The notes beneath the pieces are model-generated. The model made no database searches. It was not told the origin of the DNA and saw only the letters and a program-made list of their open reading frames with translations. 64,000 nucleotides of DNA from Bacteroidota bacterium (GTDB lineage: Bacteria; Bacteroidota; Rhodothermia; Rhodothermales; JANQRZ01). The stretch spans positions 123,757 through 187,756 of the forward strand of contig JBCDKT010000001.1 in assembly GCA_038746285.1 (NCBI GenBank). The letters run 5' to 3'. The position numbers and the translations under genes were made by a program. This document shows, in pieces, positions 29,260 to 39,000 of this stretch (positions are counted from its first letter, which is position 1; each line of letters starts with the position of its first letter).

Positions 29260-30433
29260 TCTTCCCGAAGGCTGGTCAGAGTCCGCCCTCGGCGATGTCG
29301 TTACGCTGAAGCGTGGATACGATCTCCCCAAGCGCTCCCGTCGCGAGGGACCGGTCCCTGTAATTTCGTCTTCGGGGTATTCGGGAAATCACAACGAGGC
29401 GAAGGTCGATGCCCCCGGGGTCGTTACTGGGCGATATGGTACAATCGGCGAGGTCTACTACATCGAAGAGAATTTCTGGCCCCTCAACACGGCGCTCTAT
29501 GTCCGATCCTTTCATGGAAACGATCCGCTGTTCATTTCCTACTTTTTGCGGACTCTGAACTTTGAAGCGTACACGGACAAGGCGGCAGTTCCCGGCATCA
29601 ACCGAAATCACTTGCACCAGGAGCGCGTCGTTATTCCTGAGCCGGAGGAGCAGCAACGGATCGCCTCTGTGCTCCGGCTGCTCGACGACCGGATTGCGCT
29701 GAACCGGCGGATGAACCGGACGCTGGAGGCGCTCGCAGCTTCGCTCTTCCGCCAGCGCTTCGTGGCCTTCGAGGGGCAGGGGCCGCTCGTGGACTCCGGC
29801 ACGCCGCTCAGAGCCATCCCGGAGGGGTGGGTGGTCCGGCCCATCGGGGACGTACTCAAAACGGTCGGCGGCTCCACGCCGAGTACCAAGGTGGCTGAGT
29901 TCTGGGATGGAGGTTCCGTTCACTGGACCACACCCAAAGACCTCTCTTCGCTGGATACTCCGGTCTTGCTCGACACCGCTCGCCAGATCACCGAGGCAGG
30001 GCTTGCCAAGATCAGTTCTGGCTTACTTCCAGCGGGAACGGTGTTGATGTCCTCCCGCGCTCCCGTCGGCTACCTCGCCATCGCAGAGATTCCTGTTGCC
30101 GTCAACCAGGGCTATATCGCCTTCCCGCCATCCGACGAGTTCAGCAACCTTTTCATTCTCTTCTGGCTCCGCGCCAACATGGACCGGATCGTCGGGCGCG
30201 CAGGCGGAACTACGTTCAAGGAAATCAGCAAGCGAGGCTTTCGTCCTATGCTCATGGCCGTCCCACCGGCTGAGCTACGTGCTGAGTTTGAAACCGTGGC
30301 TCGCCCGCTCTACGACCGAATCGTAGCGAATGAGAAGCAGAGCCGGACACTGGCGGCGCTGCGGGACGAGCTGCTGCCGGAGCTGATCTCGGGTCGCCTC
30401 CGCGTACCCGAGACACTGGACGACCTCATTTGA
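29252..30433 (+). CDS. hsdS: Type I restriction-modification system, specificity subunit S (two TRDs)
   Basis: ATG at 29252 overlaps the hsdM stop by 8 nt. '[23 protein letters not shown]' and '[24 protein letters not shown]' open the two target-recognition domains. Conserved spacers '[23 protein letters not shown]' and '[23 protein letters not shown]'. Confidence 0.92.
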   Translation: MPDLPEGWSESALGDVVTLKRGYDLPKRSRREGPVPVISSSGYSGNHNEAKVDAPGVVTGRYGTIGEVYYIEENFWPLNTALYVRSFHGNDPLFISYFLRTLNFEAYTDKAAVPGINRNHLHQERVVIPEPEEQQRIASVLRLLDDRIALNRRMNRTLEALAASLFRQRFVAFEGQGPLVDSGTPLRAIPEGWVVRPIGDVLKTVGGSTPSTKVAEFWDGGSVHWTTPKDLSSLDTPVLLDTARQITEAGLAKISSGLLPAGTVLMSSRAPVGYLAIAEIPVAVNQGYIAFPPSDEFSNLFILFWLRANMDRIVGRAGGTTFKEISKRGFRPMLMAVPPAELRAEFETVARPLYDRIVANEKQSRTLAALRDELLPELISGRLRVPETLDDLI

Positions 30434-30454
30434 TCTCGAAACACGGCCTCATCG

Positions 30455-31540
30455 ATGCCTACTCAGAAAACCCACGTCCGCATTTTCGCGGCCTCTCCCG
30501 GCGATGTCACCGCCGAGCGCGATGCCCTCGATGAGGTCGCCGCCGACCTCAGCCACAGCCTCGACGGCGTCCATGTCGAGGTACTCCGGTGGGAGCGCGA
30601 TACCTACCCCGCGATGGGCCGCGCGCAGGGCCTCGTCTTCGACCAGATGGGCGAAGACTTTGACATCCTCGTCGGCATCATGTGGAAGCGATTCGGGAGT
30701 CCCACCGGCGAGGCCGAGTCCGGTACCGAGGAGGAGTTCGACCGCGCCTACGCACGGTGGCAGCAGACGGGCCAACCGCCGATCTTGTTCTACTTCTGCG
30801 AGCGTCCCTTCTTCCCGCGCACCGACCGCGAGGTAGAGCAGTTCCAGAAGGTGCAGGCCTTCCGCCAGCGGCTCGAAGGCTCCGGCCTCATCGGCACGTA
30901 CGAGGCTGTAGACGACTTCAAGAGGAAGGTCCGCCGCGCGCTCGACGCCACGATCCGCCGCGATGTGCTCGGCAAAGTTCCGGCGCAAAGCACGGACGCT
31001 TCCGCAGAGCAGACAGCCCCTACTCTGCCGGACGCCGACACCCACGAGCCTGTACCGTCTCGTTTCGGTGACATCCCGATGCCGCGCCGCCGGGCACGCG
31101 CCACCGACCTCGACAAGCACCGCTTCGTCCGCGACGGCTTCAGCACCATCGTCTCCTATTTCGAGGATGCCGGCGACCGCCTACGTCAGTCTGACCCGGC
31201 ACTCGACGTAGACCTTGAGACCGAGTCCTCGCGCGCCTTCCGTGCGACCGTATTCGAGAACGGCCAGGCACGCAGCCGCTGCCGCATCTGGATTTCCGAC
31301 TCGATGGGAGCAGAACAAATCGCCTATCTCGAAGGCGGGCGGGGCGGGGGATTTTCCAACAACTCGATGAATGACTACGTCAACGTGGCGGAGACCGATG
31401 GCGGCCTTGCGTTCGCGCTGTCCGGGATGGACTTCTCGACGCAGCCTGGACAGGTCGTGGATGCAGAGGGCGCAGCCCGGCATTTCTGGACCCGATTCAC
31501 CCGGCCGCTCGACGACGCTTCGCGTTCGCCGTGGGGATGA
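30455..31540 (+). CDS. Two-domain protein embedded in the type I R-M operon: N-terminal DUF4062-like domain plus uncharacterised C-terminal domain
   Basis: 361-aa ORF starting 21 nt after the hsdS stop. Residues about 8-130 follow the DUF4062 strand-helix pattern: 'VRIFAASPGDVTAERDAL...VEVLRWE...DILVGIMWKRFGSPTG...ESGTEEEFDRAY...PPILFYF'. A low-complexity linker covers about 175-215. I could not assign the C-terminal about 145 aa ('FVRDGFSTIVSYFED...CRIWISDSMG...LAFALSGMDF'). Confidence 0.6.
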   Translation: MPTQKTHVRIFAASPGDVTAERDALDEVAADLSHSLDGVHVEVLRWERDTYPAMGRAQGLVFDQMGEDFDILVGIMWKRFGSPTGEAESGTEEEFDRAYARWQQTGQPPILFYFCERPFFPRTDREVEQFQKVQAFRQRLEGSGLIGTYEAVDDFKRKVRRALDATIRRDVLGKVPAQSTDASAEQTAPTLPDADTHEPVPSRFGDIPMPRRRARATDLDKHRFVRDGFSTIVSYFEDAGDRLRQSDPALDVDLETESSRAFRATVFENGQARSRCRIWISDSMGAEQIAYLEGGRGGGFSNNSMNDYVNVAETDGGLAFALSGMDFSTQPGQVVDAEGAARHFWTRFTRPLDDASRSPWG

Positions 31541-31577
31541 TCTTTCGATTCTTCGATGCTGTGTGCCGACGCGCTGT

Positions 31578-31677
31578 GTCGGAGTAAACCTTGCCCTGCG
31601 CACCCATAAGGCAGCATTACAAGTTTCCGGTCGTTACTCCGACATTTCCGGGTCGGAGTAAAATGTCGGAGTAAACC
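31578..31677 (+). promoter_or_regulatory. Cluster of GTCGGAGTAA(A) repeats (3 direct + 1 inverted) upstream of hsdR
   Basis: Direct copies at 31578-31590 (GTCGGAGTAAACC), 31652-31661 and 31665-31677 (GTCGGAGTAAACC). Inverted copy TTACTCCGAC at 31634-31643 forms a 10-bp stem with the 31652 copy. The hsdR ATG at 31686 follows 9 nt after the last copy. Confidence 0.5.
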
Positions 31678-31685
31678 GCCTATCC

Positions 31686-34600
31686 ATGAGCCAACGTGTT
31701 ACCGAGAACACGGTCGAAGAGGCCGCCATCGCCTACTTCGCCGGGGAAACGAAGGCCGCCGGGCAGACGCTCGAAGGACTCGGCTACGCCTACCAGCCCG
31801 GCCTCGCCGTCGAGGACGAGCGCGGCGGGCCGGCGGGCGTTGTCCTCGAACGCCGCTTCCGCGCGGCGCTGCAACGCCTCAACCCCGACCTCTCGTCCGA
31901 CACCCTCGACCTCGCCGCGCGCGAAGTCCTCCAGCCGCAGTCGGCCGCGCTCGACGAGGCCAACCGCCGGTTCACGCGCCAGCTCCAGCGCGGCGTCGAG
32001 GTCGAGGTCCGCACCGAGCACGGTACGCGCGGGGCCCGCGTCCGCCTCGTGGACTACGACAACGCAGAGGCCAACGACTGGCTCGTCGTCAACCAGCTCA
32101 CGGTCGAGGAGCAGACGGCCAACCGCAACGTCCGCCGCCCGGACCTCGTGGTCTACCTCAACGGCCTGCCCGTGGCCGTGGCCGAACTCAAGAACGTCGC
32201 CGGGAGCAAGACCGAGCTGGCCGACGCGTGGCAGCAGTTCGAGACCTACAAAGACCAGATCCCGAGCCTGTTCGTCTACAACGTCGCGCTCGTGCTCTCG
32301 GACGGGCGGCAGGCGCACGTCGGCAGCCTGACCGCGCCGCTGCGCCGGTTCGGGCCGTGGCGCACGATGCCCGACGGGAGCGTCGCCCCCGAGGCTGCGC
32401 CCGCGCTCCGCACGCTCGTCGAGGGCTTCTTCGCGCCCGCCGCGTTCCTCGACGTAGCTCGCCACTTCCAGGTCTGGGAGACCGACCCCGACTCGGGCCG
32501 CCTCGTCAAAAAGCTCGCCGCCGACCACCAGCGCCGCGCCGTCAACCGGGCGCTCGGGGAGATCAAGACCGCCATCGCCGAAGACTCCGCCCGCGGCGGC
32601 GTGGTGTGGCACACGCAAGGCTCCGGCAAGAGCGTCTCGATGGCCTTCCTCGCCGCCAAAGCCCTCGTCACCCCATCGCTCAAGACGCCCACCGTCCTCG
32701 TCCTCACCGACCGGACGGCGCTCGACGACCAGCTCTTCGGGCAGTTCGCCGCCGTGCGCGACCTCCTCCCGGCCCCCGAGCAGGCCGAGACCCGCGAGCA
32801 CCTCCGCGACTTGCTCGCCACCCGCGCCGGCGGCATCGTCTTCTCGACGCTGCAGAAGTTCGGCACCCGCAAGGACGAGGCGATGCCCGTGCTCACCGAG
32901 CGCCGCAACGTCATCGTCCTCGCCGACGAGGCCCACCGCAGCCACTACGACTTCACCGACGGCCTCGCCCGAAACCTCCGCGACGCCCTGCCCCACGCCA
33001 CGTTCGTCGGCTTCACCGGCACGCCCCTCGAACTCAGCGACCGCTCCACCTCGAACGTCTTCGGCGACTACGTGGACACCTACACGATCTCCGAGGCCAT
33101 CGCCGACGACGTGATCGTACCGCTCTCGTACGAGAACCGCCTCGCCACGCTCGACCTCCCCGAGGAGGCTGAGTCGTTCCTTGACGAGGGCTTCGAGGAG
33201 GTGACCGAAGACCAGGAAATCTTCGACGTGGCGCGCATCCAGCGCAAGTGGAAGCAGCTCGAAGCGGTGGTCGGGCTGCCCGCTCGGCTCCGCGTCGTGG
33301 CGAAGGACATCGTCGCGCACTACGAGCGGCGGATCGAGACGCTCGAAGGCAAGGCGATGGTCGTCGGGATGAGCCGCCGCATCTGCGCCGAGCTGTACCG
33401 CGAGATCGTCAAGCTCCGCCCGGAATGGCACTCGGACAAGGACGAGGAGGGGCAGATCAAAGTCGTCATCACCGGCTCGGCCAGCGACGAGGCGCTCATC
33501 GCGCAGCACGTCCGCTCAAAGGCGCGGCGGGCGGTCATCGAGAAGCGGTTCAAGGAACCCATCGGCGAGGTCGAGCGCCGCAACGCCGAGGCCCGGCAGC
33601 AGGCAGAAGAACTGGGTCAGCCCCCGCCCGCCCCCGAGGTCCCGCTGCGTCTCGTGATCGTGCGCGACATGTGGCTGACCGGCTTCGACGTGCCGAGCGC
33701 CCACACGCTCTACGTCGACAAGCCGATGCAGGGTCACTCGCTGATGCAGGCCATCGCCCGCGTCAACCGCGTCTTCGCCGACAAGCCCGGCGGTCTCATC
33801 GTGGACTACATCGGGCTGGCCGACCCGCTCCGCAAAGCCGTCGAGACCTACAGCCGCTACAACGACCAGCCCACCCTCCCCATCGACGAGGCGCTCGGCG
33901 CGCTCCGCACCGCCGTCGGGCGCGTGCGCGACCTCTTCCACGGGTTCGACCTCCGCGACCGCTACGTTGAAGGCGGCCAGACCGAGCGCGTCGAGGTCTA
34001 CAACGAAGCCCTCGACCACCTCTTCGGGCTCGGTACCGCCACCGACGAGCGGGGACGCGAGCGCACCGGCCCCGAGCGGTACCACGACGCGATGGCGAGC
34101 CTCCGCAAGGCCGCCGGACTAGCCCTTCACCTCGAAGCCGCCCGCGACCTCCGCGACGAGATCGCCCTCTACGAGCAGCTCCAGCAGAGCGTCCGCAAGC
34201 AGAAGAAAACGGGCGGCGCAGGGGCTTCGGACAAGCGCGCTGTCGACTTCGCGCTGCGCCGCCTCGTCTCGGCCTCCGTCCACACCGACGAGGTCGTCGA
34301 CCTGTTCGAGATGGCCGGGCTCGAACATCCCGACCTCTCTATTCTGTCGGATGCGTTTCTGGAGCGGGTCCGCGCCGTCCCGCACGAGAACTTGCAGCGG
34401 GAGTTGTTGGAGCGAATCGTACGCGACCAGATCCGCAGCCAGCGCCGCCAGAACGTGGTCCAGGCCGACCGGTTCTCGGAGGCCCTCAAGGCCACGCTCA
34501 ACCGCTACCACAACCGCTCGCTGGAGACGGCGCAGGTCATCGCCGAGTTGATCGAGCTAGCCAAGACGATCCGCGCACTCCCCGACCGGGCGGCTGAACT

Positions 34601-34892
34601 GGGCCTCACGAACGACGAGCTTGCCTTCTACGACGCCCTCGCGGCTCAGGACGGCGTCACCGATGTGATGGACGACGATGCGCTCGGTGCTATCGCAAAA
34701 AGCCTCGCCGACACCATCCGCCGCTCCGCCACGATTGACTGGACCAAGAAAGAGGCCGTGCGCGCCCGGATGCGCGCTCGCGTCAAGCGCCTCCTCCGCC
34801 GCCACGGCTACCCCCCCGAAAAGCAGGAAAGCGCCGTCGAGACCGTCATCCACCAGGCCGAGGTGCTCGCCTCGACCACGGCTGCGTCATAG
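31686..34892 (+). CDS. hsdR: Type I restriction-modification system, endonuclease/translocase subunit R
   Basis: 1068-aa ORF. N-terminal nuclease region. SF2 helicase motifs '[10 protein letters not shown]' (Walker A) and 'VLADEAHRS' (DEAH). C-terminal '[19 protein letters not shown]' and an HsdR_C helical domain. Confidence 0.95.
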   Translation: MSQRVTENTVEEAAIAYFAGETKAAGQTLEGLGYAYQPGLAVEDERGGPAGVVLERRFRAALQRLNPDLSSDTLDLAAREVLQPQSAALDEANRRFTRQLQRGVEVEVRTEHGTRGARVRLVDYDNAEANDWLVVNQLTVEEQTANRNVRRPDLVVYLNGLPVAVAELKNVAGSKTELADAWQQFETYKDQIPSLFVYNVALVLSDGRQAHVGSLTAPLRRFGPWRTMPDGSVAPEAAPALRTLVEGFFAPAAFLDVARHFQVWETDPDSGRLVKKLAADHQRRAVNRALGEIKTAIAEDSARGGVVWHTQGSGKSVSMAFLAAKALVTPSLKTPTVLVLTDRTALDDQLFGQFAAVRDLLPAPEQAETREHLRDLLATRAGGIVFSTLQKFGTRKDEAMPVLTERRNVIVLADEAHRSHYDFTDGLARNLRDALPHATFVGFTGTPLELSDRSTSNVFGDYVDTYTISEAIADDVIVPLSYENRLATLDLPEEAESFLDEGFEEVTEDQEIFDVARIQRKWKQLEAVVGLPARLRVVAKDIVAHYERRIETLEGKAMVVGMSRRICAELYREIVKLRPEWHSDKDEEGQIKVVITGSASDEALIAQHVRSKARRAVIEKRFKEPIGEVERRNAEARQQAEELGQPPPAPEVPLRLVIVRDMWLTGFDVPSAHTLYVDKPMQGHSLMQAIARVNRVFADKPGGLIVDYIGLADPLRKAVETYSRYNDQPTLPIDEALGALRTAVGRVRDLFHGFDLRDRYVEGGQTERVEVYNEALDHLFGLGTATDERGRERTGPERYHDAMASLRKAAGLALHLEAARDLRDEIALYEQLQQSVRKQKKTGGAGASDKRAVDFALRRLVSASVHTDEVVDLFEMAGLEHPDLSILSDAFLERVRAVPHENLQRELLERIVRDQIRSQRRQNVVQADRFSEALKATLNRYHNRSLETAQVIAELIELAKTIRALPDRAAELGLTNDELAFYDALAAQDGVTDVMDDDALGAIAKSLADTIRRSATIDWTKKEAVRARMRARVKRLLRRHGYPPEKQESAVETVIHQAEVLASTTAAS

Positions 34893-34918
34893 TAGTAGCC
34901 AAACGAGAGACCTATCGG

Positions 34919-36004
34919 ATGGCAACCCCTTCACGCAACCCCGACTTCGACACGACTCTTTCTGCCCAAGTAGATCCTGGCGGGAAGCCTATTCATATCG
35001 CAGGTGTCTCGTTCGACCCCGCCGACGTGCTGTCTACGATGGATCCGGTAGCCTACGAGGCTGCCCTCACCGAGTGGACGAGAGTCAGTGAGCCGCTGGA
35101 GGACGTGCTGGCCCGTGCGCGTTCAGTCTTGACGCTCAGCGCTTCCAATCGTGAGCGGTTCGAAAGGCTGTCCGAGGTGGTCCAGCGCAACCAGGCAATC
35201 CCGTTCGTGGGAGCGGGACTGTCTCATCCATGTGGCAACCCACTGTGGAGAGAGTTTCTTCTTCGTCTCGCTGGAGAGTCAGGCATGGATGTCCCCAACA
35301 TCGCAGCACGCCTGAATGCTGGGGGGTACGAGCAAGTCGCAGAGGAGATCGTCGCTGCCCGACCGGCGAACTGGTTTAACGAGCGGTTGACGACCACCTA
35401 CAAGCGCGACATGGAACTGGCAGGGGCCGTTCTCCGCCTCCCACGCCTGTTTCAAGGGTGTCTCATCACGACTAACTTCGACGCTGTTCTAGAAACGGTC
35501 TATAAACAGGCTGCATGTGCTTTCGATCACCGGGTCATCGGGGGTAATGAAGGTGGATTCACGTACGCCCTTTCTCAAGGTGAACACCACCTCCTGAAGC
35601 TGCACGGGGACTTGGAATATCCTACGCACCGCGTCCTAACCTATTCGGAGTATGTCGCGGCCTACGGCGATACCGCCTTCGACTTCAGCTTGCCACTGCC
35701 GAAGGCAATCAAGGGAGTCTATGAGAACTACTTCCTTGTTTTCCTCGGGTGCAGCCTCGGAGCCGACCGGACGATGGACCTATGGGACTACCTCATCACA
35801 GCCGCTGGCTCCGATGCCATCCCTCGACATATCGCCATTATCGAAAGCCCAGAGGTGGACCGACTTCCGCCAGATCGCGAAGATGAGCTAGTCATCCGAA
35901 ACATCTTTCCCATCTGGTATCCCAAGGATCAGCATCAAGCCGTAGATGACCTGCTCGCTCTCCTCGATGCGGTTGTCAACGAGGGCGAGTCTATCGACAG
36001 GTAG
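34919..36004 (+). CDS. Stand-alone SIR2-like (SIR2_2 family) protein, predicted NAD-utilising effector
   Basis: 361-aa ORF starting 26 nt after the hsdR stop. SIR2_2 motif series 'IPFVGAGLSHPCGNPLWREFL', 'ITTNFDAVLE', 'LLKLHGDLEYPTHRVLTYSEYVAAY', 'FLVFLGCSLGADRTMDLW'. The Asn (TTNFD) and His (KLHGD) are intact. Locally much lower GC than the flanks. Confidence 0.75.
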   Translation: MATPSRNPDFDTTLSAQVDPGGKPIHIAGVSFDPADVLSTMDPVAYEAALTEWTRVSEPLEDVLARARSVLTLSASNRERFERLSEVVQRNQAIPFVGAGLSHPCGNPLWREFLLRLAGESGMDVPNIAARLNAGGYEQVAEEIVAARPANWFNERLTTTYKRDMELAGAVLRLPRLFQGCLITTNFDAVLETVYKQAACAFDHRVIGGNEGGFTYALSQGEHHLLKLHGDLEYPTHRVLTYSEYVAAYGDTAFDFSLPLPKAIKGVYENYFLVFLGCSLGADRTMDLWDYLITAAGSDAIPRHIAIIESPEVDRLPPDREDELVIRNIFPIWYPKDQHQAVDDLLALLDAVVNEGESIDR

Positions 36005-36012
36005 AGTGCAAG

Positions 36013-39000
36013 CTAGCGTGTCAGTACGACCCGCCGCGAGGCGCTGAACGGTCCGGCCTCCATGCGGACGAGGTAGACGCCGCTCGGGAGGCGCGCCCCG
36101 TCGAGGCGGACCGTGTGCCGGCCGGCGGGCATCGCCCCGTCGGCGAGCACGGCGATGCGGCGGCCGAGGAGGTCGAAGAGCGTCAGCCGCACCGTGCCCG
36201 GCTCCGGGAGGGTGAACCGGACGGTCGTCGCGGTGCGGAAGGGGTTGGGGTAGGCCGCGTCGAGGGCGTAGGCGGTCGGCAGGCCGGGCGCGCCGTCCTC
36301 GGCGTCGACGGCGAAGAGGGTCCACGCCGGGTCGTCGCTGCCGAAGGCGTCGCTCGCGCCGAGCGTGCCGGGGTCGGCGTTGCCGGTGGCGTCGCTGACG
36401 GCCTGCCCGGCCCCTTCGTCGAAGCGCCAGTAGCCGACCAGGCCCTCGCTCGCCGGATCGACCGTCTCCTGGCTCGCGGCGATCTGCTCGGGCGTGCGGG
36501 CGACGTTCCAGACGCGCACCTCGTCGATCCCGCCGGGGAAGGTGCGCTCGGGGCTGTTCTCGGAACTTCCGACGCGGAGCGCGAAGTCGTTGGCCGTGAT
36601 GCTGTGGCTGAGGCTCCGCGCGGCGACCTCTGCGCCGTCGACGTAGATCCGCATCGTCGCGCCGTCGTAGGTCGCGGCGACGTGTTGCCACACGTTGAGG
36701 GCGAGCGTCCCGTTCGGCGTCGTCAGCTCCTGCCACGAGCCGTTGCCGAGCAGCAGGTTGGCCCGCCCGTTGCCGCCGACGCGGAGCGCGTAGCCCTCGT
36801 CGTTCCCGGCCCCGCCGGCCTGCTCCTTGTTGAGGACGCTGCCCTGGAACGGCTGGTCGCGCCACGCGGTCGGGTTGATGCGGGCTTCGAGGGTGATCTG
36901 GGTGCCGGTCACGCTGAGGGCGGCGCCGCTGCCGAGGTCCACGAAGTCGTCCTCGCCGTCGAACAGGAGCGCGGCCCCGGCGCTCGCGCCCGTGCCGGTC
37001 GTGAAGCTCCACACCGGGCCTTCGGTCGTGCCCGCCGGGTTCACCTCGTCGGCGCGCCAGAAGTAGGTCGTCTCCGGGTCGAGCGGGCCGGGGTCGTAGA
37101 GCGGGTCGTCGGTCTCGGCAACTTGGGGCGGCGTGCTCGTGGTGCCGAAGTAGACGACATGGCTCACGGCTCCGCCGCCGGGCGTCCACGCGAGGCGGGT
37201 GTTGGTCGGTACGTTCGCCGCGCCGTCGGCCGGGTTGGGGGCCGAGGCGACGCCGGGCAGGTCGAAGCTGTTGACGGTGAGCGTTGCCGGTGCCGAGCGC
37301 GCGCCGGTCGGGCTGACAGCGACGACCTCGACCGGAATCTCGGCCTGCCCGTCGACGCGCCGCAGCGACGGGACGAAGTAGGCCGTCCCGGCAGCCCCGC
37401 CGATGAACTCCGGCTCGCCGCCCGGCAAGCGGCGGAGGACCTCGTAGTGGTGGACCGCGTCGGCGTCGGGCGAGGCCGTCCAGCGGAGCCGGAGCGTGAT
37501 CTCGTCGGCCGTCTCGTCGACCCGGCGCTCGACGGTCACGCCCGAGGGCGGGGCCGGGGCCGGGTCCGCGTCGTAGACGGCCAGCTTGCCGACGTGGACC
37601 TCGAAGCCGCTCCCGGCCGAGGCGGGGACGACGAGGCTCAGCCCGGCGAGCGAGCGCCCGCCGAAGCCCGACAGGTCGAGCGTCTCCACGTTCCAGCCCG
37701 CCGATGCGGCCGGGCCGAGCGCGAGCGTCGCCACGCCCCCGAGGTCGTCGGCAAAGGTCAGTCCGGCGGCGAGGGCCACCGGTCCCGCGGCGTCCACGCG
37801 GTAGGCGACCTCGAGGGTGCTGCTGCCGGTCAGGTCGAGATCGGTCTGAAAGAGGCGGACCGTCTGCTCGGCCGCCACGTCGCCCGCGAGCCGGAGCGAC
37901 GAGCCGCCCTGGTAGGCCGTGTCGAAGTCGTACCGGACCGTGACCGGCGTGCCCGCCGTCTCGACCCACCACCGCCACGTCGGGGCGAGGTCTTGGAGCG
38001 CGAGGTTGTTCCAGCCGTCGGCCTGCCACGCCGGGGCCGCGATGTCCTCGCCGCCCAGGAAATATCCCAGCCCCTGCCCGACGTTGAAGTGCGTCCCGAA
38101 CGGGAGCGCGTCGATGCTCGTCGCGGCGGGGATGTAGTGCGCGATGCCCTTCCAGTTGCCGGCGTCCTCGCGGCTCGGGTCGCCGTCGGCCCCGACCCAG
38201 AGGGCGCGCTCGGCTTCGTAGAAGTTGTCGAGGTTCGGGACGAGGGTTTCGTCCGGGCGGAAGATGCCGAGCGAGGTCCGGTGGGCTTCGCCGTCGGGGA
38301 AGATGCGCGGCATCGAGGAGGCGATCCCGAGGCCGCGCGCGCCGTAGTCGACCCCGGCGAACAGTTCGTAGGGGTCGCGCCCGAGCGAGGTCGCGTAGGC
38401 GTTGCTCGAGGCCAGGTCGTTCGCCGTCCAGCCGAAGTCGAGGAACATGTAATCGGACACGCGGACCTCGCCCTGCTGGAAGAAGGCGTCGTTCTGCGCG
38501 TTGAGCTGCTCCTGCCAGAAGATCGACCCCGACTCGGTCATCGCGTCGTACCACTCGATCTGCAGGTCGGAGTTGTCCTGGAGGTAGATCATGAGGTCCT
38601 GCAGGTCGGTGGCGAGCGCTGCGTTGCCGCCGGCCGTCTCCTGGTTGATGAACCACCCGTCGAAGCCGTAGTACGCGGCGGCCTCGATCAGCTTGTCGGC
38701 GACGGGGAACGCGTCGCCGTCGCGCTGCACGAAGTCGCGGACCCACTGGATCTGCCCGCCGAAGACGGTAGGCGGGAAGAAGACCGTCCCGAGGACCGGG
38801 ATGCCGTGGCGGTGCGCGGTGTCAGTGACGCCGGGGTTGGGCGCGAGGATCAGCCCCTCGCTCGCCGAGCCGCCCCAGAAGATGAGCACCTCCACGTAGG
38901 GCCAGTAGCTGAAGGCGTAGTAGCTCGCGTCGAGGCTCCCCTGCGAGGGGTTGCCGCTCGTCGGGGCGAAGACGGAGAGCGGGTTGATGCCGGCCTCACC

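Noticed and set aside
31578-31677. Possible CRISPR array (also considered for the periodic CTD repeats at 42.4-47.7 kb)
   Set aside because: The repeats are only 10-13 nt with irregular spacing and one inverted copy. The CTD repeats are protein-coding and kilobases apart. No cas genes are present.
30455-36004. Calling the DUF4062-like plus SIR2-like pair a canonical Thoeris system
   Set aside because: The SIR2 protein lacks the SLOG (or Macro/TM) signal-binding domain of ThsA. The other ORF does not show a bona fide ThsB-type TIR motif set that I can recognise. The two genes are separated by hsdR. The analogy is kept only as a hypothesis.
26000-36100. Prophage or integrative-element boundaries for the defence islet
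   Set aside because: I could find no integrase, recombinase, transposase, tRNA attachment site or flanking direct repeats by eye. Only composition and the CTD relic suggest past rearrangement.
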